From the IMG/VR virus record IMGVR_UViG_3300017909_001805, positions 1-26,910 of that record: 26,910 bases of DNA; one strand, written 5' to 3'. Every line of letters begins with the position of its first letter. Within the stretch, counting starts at the first letter, position 1. A model generated the notes under the pieces. The model searched no databases, was not told where the DNA came from, and saw nothing but the letters and a program-made list of their open reading frames with translations. This DNA is from a virus. Its lineage: Duplodnaviria; Caudoviricetes. Below are positions 9,049 through 15,185 of the stretch, piece by piece. Both the position numbers and the translations under genes were made by a program.

Positions 9049-9475
9049 CGGAATCGCCGTCAATAGTGGTTTGATTGATGGTTGTAGGCTCTGACTGGGA
9101 TATTTCAGTACCCCCGACACCCGTGATATTAATTTGGATAGCGGATTTGCCCCCGTTTTGGACAATATCCTTCTCAAATGCGGCTACAGGTAAGATTCTA
9201 TCCATGACCAGCTTCCATGCCGCAGCCTGATTCTTGTGGTCATCATCCATAGCGGCATTGAAGATAGAGTCCAAGACCTTACGGGACTTAGGGGAAGCCA
9301 GCATACGGGCCTTGTATTCGTTGATAATCCCGGCATCGCCTTTAGGGCGGCCTATTTTCTTCCTGCCGCCTGAAGAATTGTGCCTTTTGGCACTTTTGGC
9401 GGCTATTTCAGACGCTTTAGGCTTGCCACGGCGTTTGGGTTGTTCTTCAAGGTTATCGCTAGGATCAACGTCCAT
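9029..9475 (-). CDS. terS: Putative terminase small subunit
   Basis: GRPKG motif, helical core, C-terminal IQINITG strand; GGAGG RBS; upstream of terL. Confidence 0.7.
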   Translation of the reverse strand: MDVDPSDNLEEQPKRRGKPKASEIAAKSAKRHNSSGGRKKIGRPKGDAGIINEYKARMLASPKSRKVLDSIFNAAMDDDHKNQAAAWKLVMDRILPVAAFEKDIVQNGGKSAIQINITGVGGTEISQSEPTTINQTTIDGDSGEILQD

Positions 9476-9527
9476 GCGGCCTCCAAGGTTAGTAAGTACT
9501 TACACGGATTACGATAGTCTTGCCTAA

Positions 9528-9555
9528 ACAAGTGGCATAAGTGTCACAAGTGGCA
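9528..9555. repeat. Three 9-bp-period direct repeats AAGTG(G/T)CA
   Basis: AAGTGGCA 9530-9537, AAGTGTCA 9539-9546, AAGTGGCA 9548-9555. Confidence 0.75.
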
Positions 9556-9565
9556 CAAAAATCAA

Positions 9566-9823
9566 TCACAGCCACTCAACGCGCCAAGGCAACTTACGGG
9601 ATCGGCTTTGGTCTGGAATATCAAAATCCTCGCCTTTTCTATCAAGCCACCACATATCTGTGCAGCTCAATACGCCGTAGCCCATCAGTCTTTTCATTTT
9701 TGCCCAAGCATCTTGAAAGTTATCAAATACTTCATGGTCATGCCATTCCTTGACATCCCATGTTTCTTTGTCGTTTGGCAGATAGTAATCCTTAACGACC
9801 CTGTACTGGTTAACCTTTTCCAT
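9566..9823 (-). CDS. Hypothetical protein
   Basis: 85 aa, AAGGA RBS, co-oriented with the late operon. Confidence 0.6.
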   Translation of the reverse strand: MEKVNQYRVVKDYYLPNDKETWDVKEWHDHEVFDNFQDAWAKMKRLMGYGVLSCTDMWWLDRKGEDFDIPDQSRSRKLPWRVEWL

Positions 9824-9834
9824 TGAAAGATCCT

Positions 9835-10008
9835 TTACGAATACTTCTTTTGTATCGCTTTAAAGATGGCGTAAATGGTTAATACATAAAACGCCAGCAC
9901 AGACATAGGGATGCCAATATACACCAACTCCCAAGGCGATAAGAATAATATCTCCCAGGTAAAGTCTATCGCAGACTCTACATCGCTTTGAACGGGGCAG
10001 TCATCCAC
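9835..10008 (-). CDS. 57-aa single-pass membrane protein
   Basis: Translated by hand: MDDCPVQSDVESAIDFTWEILFLSPWELVYIGIPMSVLAFYVLTIYAIFKAIQKKYS. GTG start with weak RBS; fills the gap between neighbours. Confidence 0.55.
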   Translation of the reverse strand: MDDCPVQSDVESAIDFTWEILFLSPWELVYIGIPMSVLAFYVLTIYAIFKAIQKKYS

Positions 10009-10017
10009 CTAACGCAG

Positions 10018-10203
10018 CTATTTGCCCATCATAATGACGGAATAACCACCCATCTTAGGCATTTCTGTCTCTTCAGGGGTGGATTTAGCATCATAAGGCG
10101 TAGAAAAGCCAGCATCCTGCATAGCTTTGATCTTTGCCTTGGACTTCTCGCACATCGAATAATAATCAATGGACTTGTACTCAACTGTATGACCCTTCTC
10201 CAT
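10018..10203 (-). CDS. Hypothetical protein, first gene of the leftward operon
   Basis: 61 aa, strong AAGGAGG RBS. Confidence 0.7.
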   Translation of the reverse strand: MEKGHTVEYKSIDYYSMCEKSKAKIKAMQDAGFSTPYDAKSTPEETEMPKMGGYSVIMMGK

Positions 10204-10362
10204 GACTTCCTCCTTAAAATTACATATATAGTTTAGCCCGCCTTTCCCTCCCTATCCTATACAAGTATCTGAGGAATGCAATACCCCCCAGTTTCCGCTT
10301 TTTTTGTGGGTGGGTGGGTACAATAATAATAACGACACAGCCACCCCCCCTCCCCCCCGTCA

Positions 10363-10479
10363 GTTCCAATCCGGAACGGACTGCCAGCGAGTTCCAAACT
10401 GGCACGGACTGGGTTCCAAAGTAGAACCTGGCAGGTTCCAAAACAGAACCTTCGATGGTGCTGGGTGTCAAAGTGGAAC
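10363..10479. repeat. Five 15-bp imperfect palindromes, GTTC-N7-GAAC
   Basis: GTTCCAATCCGGAAC 10363, GTTCCAAACTGGCAC 10391, GTTCCAAAGTAGAAC 10413, GTTCCAAAACAGAAC 10435, GTGTCAAAGTGGAAC 10465. Confidence 0.85.
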
Positions 10480-10636
10480 GCGAAACTAGAAGTGTGAGTG
10501 CCTAATAGGGTACCTCTATCGTCCTAAATCCCATATTCCCAAAACATCTAGCCAGCCAGGTTTTGATGCCATTCGGATCTAATCAAAATCGTATAAGACG
10601 GCTGCCTTGATATAGCGAATCGGTATCAGATATTGC

Positions 10637-10665
10637 TTGCACTATATATATGTACAAGCAACAAT
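10637..10665 (+). promoter_or_regulatory. Possible sigma70-type early promoter
   Basis: TTGCAC-17 bp-AACAAT upstream of the first early gene; the -10 element is imperfect. Confidence 0.4.
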
Positions 10666-10706
10666 CTTTGGCGAAGTTCGCAAACATTCAATGAAAGGGG
10701 AAAACA

Positions 10707-10949
10707 ATGAAGCCATCTGAATATCTCACTGACGTTTATGTTGAAATGATCGGGCAATTATTTAATGGCATTTGTGATGAGCATGAAATCGAAGCAAGCC
10801 ACTGCAATATTGGGTTTATGGAGTCGCACGGGCATTTAATGGATGATTACCAACGCAAAGCGTTATCCGCGTTTACTGCGTTTAATGAGGCGCTACTGAA
10901 CCTTGAAGATCGCACCGAATCCACTAATGAAAATCTATTCCGACGATAA
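10707..10949 (+). CDS. Early hypothetical acidic protein
   Basis: AAGGGGA RBS; 80 aa. Confidence 0.75.
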   Translation: MKPSEYLTDVYVEMIGQLFNGICDEHEIEASHCNIGFMESHGHLMDDYQRKALSAFTAFNEALLNLEDRTESTNENLFRR

Positions 10950-10960
10950 AGGGGGGGATA

Positions 10961-11272
10961 ATGACGAACGAACTCAGCGGAGGCGCTACCTACGAACCAG
11001 TACACGGCCAGACTCATGACGGCCAGCAAGTCTACATTTTTAACAGACCATGTGACTTTATGTGTGATAGGAGTGAGGTTAGCTTGCAGGATGTAAAGTT
11101 TACCTTTTGCGATCCCATCTCATACGGCACAGTGGACGCCATCAAAGTCCTGCCTGAAAGCTATGATTTGCTAAAGCCACGCATTGGTGATTGGCATTGG
11201 GAAAACTGGGTTTTTGATGGCGGTTCAGAAATAGAACTTACCGGCGAAGAAATTGAACCATCCAACAGATAA
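10961..11272 (+). CDS. Early hypothetical acidic protein
   Basis: G-rich RBS; 103 aa. Confidence 0.75.
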   Translation: MTNELSGGATYEPVHGQTHDGQQVYIFNRPCDFMCDRSEVSLQDVKFTFCDPISYGTVDAIKVLPESYDLLKPRIGDWHWENWVFDGGSEIELTGEEIEPSNR

Positions 11273-11281
11273 GGGGAAACC

Positions 11282-11596
11282 ATGAACAGCAATGATTTAT
11301 ATGATTTTCTGAGAGAATCTGGCTTTGAGATTGGTAGCACTGGCGGAGGTTGTACCGCGTGGATGCGGGACTTCCCGAATGCCTACGTGATAATTTCATC
11401 AGACTCTGACCATGATTTCGGGTCTGATAAAGATATTGAAGATTGCGGTATATATGTTGGCGTTACTGAAGAATGCGGGGAGGTTTGGCATGGTGTCGCT
11501 AGTAATGCCGACGATGTGCCACGGTTGGTGGCGCTGGCAATGGCAAAGGCTACAAACCATATTCTCTGCGCAGAATATCGCGGTTATCCAGAGTAA
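11282..11596 (+). CDS. Early hypothetical protein (TGGGCTAW motif)
   Basis: AAGGGGA RBS; 104 aa, acidic. Confidence 0.75.
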   Translation: MNSNDLYDFLRESGFEIGSTGGGCTAWMRDFPNAYVIISSDSDHDFGSDKDIEDCGIYVGVTEECGEVWHGVASNADDVPRLVALAMAKATNHILCAEYRGYPE

Positions 11597-11683
11597 ACCA
11601 ACCCAAACCCACAACCCCTGTCCGGTACGGCTGCAGGGGTTTTTGGGTGCAAGACCAACACAACGAAAAGGGAAACCATCATG
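11594..11683 (+). repeat. Structured intergenic element, copy 1
   Basis: TAAACCAACCCAAACCCACA, hairpin AACCCCTG/CAGGGGTT, T-run, CCAACAC, RBS. Confidence 0.8.
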
Positions 11684-11896
11684 CAAAACTATCTAGAATT
11701 TCGCGCAGAATATATTGCGACTCTTAAACAGTTCCTAGAGTGCAAGGCGCCAACCTACGCATTCCGCATCGATTCACCGCAAAGCAACGCGCTAGCAGAC
11801 AAGTTAGCAGACATGGAAGAAGCACAGCCAGACTGGGTTATGAGAATTGAGGATTATTTGGCCGATATTCGCTGGACGGGCGAAGATTTGTCTTAG
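11681..11896 (+). CDS. Early hypothetical protein flanked by the two repeats
   Basis: AAGGGA RBS; 71 aa. Confidence 0.75.
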   Translation: MQNYLEFRAEYIATLKQFLECKAPTYAFRIDSPQSNALADKLADMEEAQPDWVMRIEDYLADIRWTGEDLS

Positions 11897-11990
11897 TAAA
11901 CCCACCCAAACCCACAGCCCGCACCGGATGACGCCGCGCGGGCTTTCTAGGCGCCAACACTGGCACAACAAACTAGGGGAAAGAACCATG
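11897..11990 (+). repeat. Structured intergenic element, copy 2
   Basis: TAAACCCACCCAAACCCACA, hairpin AGCCCGC/GCGGGCT, TTCT, CCAACAC, RBS. Confidence 0.8.
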
Positions 11991-12314
11991 TACTACAAGC
12001 AAGACGAAATAGCCTCACACTTCCAGGATTACTTGGACGAAAATATGCCAGACGATGGCGCAGATCCGTCTGAACTGCATCACGAAGCGTTCAATCAGGA
12101 TTACTACATCATTGGCACGTACCAGGCGCAGCAGTGGCTAGGTGACCATGCTTTTTATGCCATTCAGGTTATTAAGGATTACGAAGAATCCTGTTTCGGC
12201 GAGGTTAGCACTGACCTTTCCGATCCTGAGCGGGTGGTGAATATGTACGCCTACATAGTCGGCGAGCAAGTTATTTATGAATGGTTTGAGAGTCTAGAGA
12301 GGGGTGCAGCATGA
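11988..12314 (+). CDS. Acidic helical protein, Ocr-like DNA-mimic candidate
   Basis: Start moved to ATG 11988 (AGGGGA RBS); 108 aa with 23 D/E versus 4 K/R by hand count. The function is inferred. Confidence 0.6.
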   Translation: MYYKQDEIASHFQDYLDENMPDDGADPSELHHEAFNQDYYIIGTYQAQQWLGDHAFYAIQVIKDYEESCFGEVSTDLSDPERVVNMYAYIVGEQVIYEWFESLERGAA

Positions 12315-12562
12315 AAACGGTAGCAATTTGCACCACATGGCCGACAAAACGGAAAAAGAGGCGGGCAATCCGTCAGCCTCTCCCGCATCCCGGCCAACTG
12401 TTAATAGGTAATCAGTGGGTCGCGGAAATCGAAGGCGACACTGTGCCGATCGGTGAACACAAAAGCCCAGAGGAGGCGTTGTTAGCTGCGCGTTACCTGG
12501 CCTGCAATGATGACGATGTGACCGCTTTGATCTCGCCAGACGGCGCGCAGCGGTATATCTGA
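12311..12562 (+). CDS. Hypothetical protein
   Basis: ATGA overlap with the upstream gene; GAGG RBS. Confidence 0.65.
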   Translation: MKTVAICTTWPTKRKKRRAIRQPLPHPGQLLIGNQWVAEIEGDTVPIGEHKSPEEALLAARYLACNDDDVTALISPDGAQRYI

Positions 12563-12568
12563 GAACGT

Positions 12569-12767
12569 GCCGGTTCGTTACCGGCTAGTGTGATCCCGCA
12601 CGATGAGAAGTGGCTTTACCGCCATAGGGTCGGAATTATCCGCAAATAATCGTGATGGCAAGCGTCAAGGGTGTAAGTAGCTGAAAACTGATAGCAATGG
12701 CCGGGGGACGATGTCGCAGAGGTGAACCGGATAGATTGGCGTCAGCGCTTACACCTGCCAACCTTTT
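12569..12767 (+). ncRNA. Candidate structured non-coding RNA
   Basis: About 200 nt with no RBS-supported ORF; four short hairpins plus a long stem 12670-12684/12742-12755. Confidence 0.5.
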
Positions 12768-12794
12768 GCAATGTTTTAAACTTTGCAATATAAT
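12766..12794 (+). promoter_or_regulatory. Sigma70-type promoter
   Basis: TTGCAA-17 bp-TATAAT, 30 nt upstream of the ATG at 12824. Confidence 0.85.
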
Positions 12795-12823
12795 CTAGCA
12801 ATTCAACAAAGGGGAAAAGAGTT

Positions 12824-13150
12824 ATGACCGTTTATTCACTTCAATACGTCTCAAAGTCTGCGCCTTGGCTTTGCAAGTCAGAGGCACAGGTAGTCTACGA
12901 ACACATACACGACACATTTAAAAGCCTGGATTTAGTCCACGCTGCGGACGTTCGGACGATTGCGCGTCAGTTGTTCCCGTACGTAGAAGAACAGCCAAAA
13001 AGCGATCGCCTACGTTTACAAGAAGCCTGCGACGATTTAGCCAGCACCATTGACAGGCTTTCAAAGGTAGAGCAAACCGACACAATCGCGCAGGTGCGTC
13101 TATCTTTGATGGAAGCCGCCGACATTCTAAGAGGGGAGGTGAAGCAATGA
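12824..13150 (+). CDS. Hypothetical protein
   Basis: AAGGGGA RBS; follows the promoter; helical C-terminus. Confidence 0.75.
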   Translation: MTVYSLQYVSKSAPWLCKSEAQVVYEHIHDTFKSLDLVHAADVRTIARQLFPYVEEQPKSDRLRLQEACDDLASTIDRLSKVEQTDTIAQVRLSLMEAADILRGEVKQ

Positions 13151-13362
13151 ACACTGACGAAAGGTTTGATCTATTAAGCTCGGTTGATTGGTCTATCAGA
13201 AGGGTAAAAGAGCTTCATCAAACGACCGTGCTAGATTTACAGAAAGCTATGGCCCAGGAAGATAGAGCTGGGGAGGGCTACCTGCGCGGTAAAGAGGTGG
13301 GGCTAGATCTGGCCCTGATGCACCTGGAAGCGGTACAGCACAGCATAAAGGCGGGGGTGTGA
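13147..13362 (+). CDS. Hypothetical helical-hairpin protein
   Basis: GGAGGT RBS; ATGA overlap. Confidence 0.75.
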   Translation: MNTDERFDLLSSVDWSIRRVKELHQTTVLDLQKAMAQEDRAGEGYLRGKEVGLDLALMHLEAVQHSIKAGV

Positions 13363-13363
13363 T

Positions 13364-13657
13364 ATGGGTGTCGCGAGCATTATTGGTAAGCACGTTTTAA
13401 GCGCGGAGCTAGACTGCTTTGATAATAACGGGGTTGGCTTTGGCACTTGTGACGTAGACATACATTACGAAGTGCTGCCAGGAGAGGAGTCAGCACCTTT
13501 TGGCGCGTTTGAGCTACAGAAAGTGGTTATGCGCGTTGCAGGGGTGAGTGAGGCGGTAAACGTGACCAGTTGCTTTGATCAATCGTATATCGAACAGTTG
13601 ATACAAGACGAAATCGACGGCAGCGACTATCACTGGACGGATCACGGCGATGTATAG
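13364..13657 (+). CDS. Hypothetical acidic protein
   Basis: Starts 1 nt after the upstream stop; GGGGGT RBS. Confidence 0.7.
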   Translation: MGVASIIGKHVLSAELDCFDNNGVGFGTCDVDIHYEVLPGEESAPFGAFELQKVVMRVAGVSEAVNVTSCFDQSYIEQLIQDEIDGSDYHWTDHGDV

Positions 13658-13754
13658 CAACGCCACAGATAAGGCACTGTTAACCATTGTAGGCGTTATG
13701 TCTGGGCTGTTAGTGTTTTTAGCAGCCCTGCTAATCATTGTCGCGTTTCTATAA
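13650..13754 (+). CDS. 34-aa membrane peptide MYSNATDKALLTIVGVMSGLLVFLAALLIIVAFL
   Basis: Translated by hand; overlaps the upstream stop; one long hydrophobic helix. Confidence 0.5.
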   Translation: MYSNATDKALLTIVGVMSGLLVFLAALLIIVAFL

Positions 13755-13776
13755 ATGTTTAAACAACAGCGAAAGA

Positions 13777-13785
13777 TGATAGACT
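13777..13785 (+). promoter_or_regulatory. Possible extended -10 promoter
   Basis: TGaTAGACT with TTTAAA at 13758-13763. Confidence 0.4.
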
Positions 13786-13904
13786 ATAAATGTCTGTGGT
13801 GATCCCTCACCAGTTGGGCGGGTTCTTGCGGCCCCTGCTAAGACAAAATGCCGCTTTCCTACCAGTTAACCTATCAAAACATAAAGCGAGATAGCCGTAA
13901 CCAG

Positions 13905-13956
13905 GATTAAGGGCGGTAGCCATTCGGGTATATCCGATAGCCAACCGCCCCGATCC
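13905..13956 (-). terminator. Long hairpin between convergent units (terminator or processing site)
   Basis: GGGCGGT/ACCGCCC outer stem; the inner stem pairs via G-U on the minus strand; no clear U-tract. Confidence 0.45.
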
Positions 13957-13960
13957 CTTT

Positions 13961-14209
13961 TCACTCTGACGTTACCGTGACGCTAGTGGGGAACTCTTCA
14001 ATCAGCGTTTCGATATTATCCATTGCTTGAGCGGCGCTTATGGTTTCGGCAGCGGTAGAATCAACATGTACCCGCTCCACCATCGGCTTGTTTTTGGCGT
14101 CCATCCGGTAGGGTATACCGTTGGCATCCAGAACGCGCATTAGCTTAGGTGCGGTGTAGGCTTTGAACATATCGCCGAGTTCGCGCCAGTAAACGTATTT
14201 GTCAGACAT
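13961..14209 (-). CDS. DUF4224-like small DNA-binding (Xis-like) protein
   Basis: ELGDMF...LMRVLDANGIPYRMDAKNKPMV pattern; GAGG RBS. Confidence 0.55.
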   Translation of the reverse strand: MSDKYVYWRELGDMFKAYTAPKLMRVLDANGIPYRMDAKNKPMVERVHVDSTAAETISAAQAMDNIETLIEEFPTSVTVTSE

Positions 14210-14220
14210 GGTTTTTCCTC

Positions 14221-14251
14221 AAAAAAAAGCCCCAGAAAAGGGAACTGGGGC
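14221..14251 (-). terminator. Intrinsic terminator
   Basis: Minus strand GCCCCAG-TTCCCTTTT-CTGGGGC-T8. Confidence 0.85.
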
Positions 14252-14291
14252 AAGAGTGCCGCCTACAGGAGTCCTTCAGCGGCGGTTAAGT

Positions 14292-14567
14292 TTACCAAGG
14301 AATGTCATCAGTTTCCTTGGCTGCGGGGGCTGCGGAATCCTTCTTTTCAGGCTTCCAGGCATCACGTTCGGCGTACCAAGTGCCTTTCTGTGATTCCTTG
14401 ATGTCGATGTTTATCCACTCATCATCAGGGTTGGCTTTGACAAATCCGCCGATCCATTGTTTGAAATCGTCAAGTTTGATAGACACCTTGGCTTTAACCC
14501 AATCTGGAGCATTACTGTTAGGTTTTTTAACAATCATGCCGTTTACGAAATCTCGATCGTCGCTCAT
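14292..14567 (-). CDS. Putative single-stranded DNA-binding protein
   Basis: Short beta-rich core with an SSB-like acidic tail DDIPW; adjacent to the annealing protein. Confidence 0.7.
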   Translation of the reverse strand: MSDDRDFVNGMIVKKPNSNAPDWVKAKVSIKLDDFKQWIGGFVKANPDDEWINIDIKESQKGTWYAERDAWKPEKKDSAAPAAKETDDIPW

Positions 14568-15172
14568 GCAGCCTCCTTCCTGGCTTGTGCAAATTCATCG
14601 GACTTGAGAAACGCCCGCTCTTCTGTGGTAAATACGCCGCCCTTTGTCGGGGCAACCCATAAGGCTTCTTTTATCTCGTTGGACAACTCAAGCCATATCT
14701 GTGCAACTCCGGCAACATCGCCGGTTTTGATGTACTCCTTGATGAAGTAAATGGAATCGAAGTTCTCTCGAGTCGCATCGTTATGCTGCAGGATCGGCTC
14801 CATCGCATCCTTGATTGAACCATGTGCAATCGCTGTGGATACTTCATCGGCGCTGGCTATTTCACTACCGCCTAGCCCTAGGAATGCCAATGCCCTGCCA
14901 ACCGCTGAGGTCTCTGCATTTTCAAGGGCTGACGTTTTATTGATCTTTCCGAAACTACGGTTTTCTTCAGCGTAGCCAGTGGCTGCAACCTTGCCATCGC
15001 TATCTCGGATGGTTGACTTCATCACCACCATTGAATCTTCAGCACTCACCAGCTCTGTTTCAATTGACCAGCCCTTGAAGTCTGCCGACTTTCTGAAATC
15101 ATCAATCCTTCTGGCAACAGTTAGATAAATTTTGCCATGAATCTCTACTTCACCTTTGTTTTTATCAGCCAC
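14564..15172 (-). CDS. Putative single-strand annealing protein (Rad52/ERF-like fold)
   Basis: ATGYAEE...SALENAETSAVGRALAFLG motif; GTG start with AAGGAGG RBS; upstream of the SSB-like gene. Confidence 0.7.
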   Translation of the reverse strand: MADKNKGEVEIHGKIYLTVARRIDDFRKSADFKGWSIETELVSAEDSMVVMKSTIRDSDGKVAATGYAEENRSFGKINKTSALENAETSAVGRALAFLGLGGSEIASADEVSTAIAHGSIKDAMEPILQHNDATRENFDSIYFIKEYIKTGDVAGVAQIWLELSNEIKEALWVAPTKGGVFTTEERAFLKSDEFAQARKEAA

Positions 15173-15185
15173 ACTTTTCCCTCCT

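Noticed and set aside
10363-10479. Mini-CRISPR or LexA-box reading of the repeat array
   Set aside because: Repeats are 15 bp with 7-15 bp gaps, too short for CRISPR; orientation and spacing do not match known LexA boxes.
10220-10489. Short ORFs on both strands in the control region
   Set aside because: No RBS; they run through homopolymer tracts and the palindrome array.
11847-11987. 5' extension of the 155-aa ORF in the track
   Set aside because: It overlaps the upstream gene and the structured repeat; the RBS supports ATG 11988.
11594-11990. Integron attC sites
   Set aside because: No RYYYAAC/GTTRRRY core pairing and no integron integrase in the window.
12569-12767. tRNA, hammerhead ribozyme or retron msr-msd
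   Set aside because: No T-arm GTTCRA or full cloverleaf, no CUGANGA/GAAA core, and no reverse transcriptase in the window.
13905-13963. UGA followed by a hairpin as a SECIS or read-through signal
   Set aside because: No supporting downstream coding pattern or selenoprotein context; a terminator or processing hairpin is the simpler explanation.
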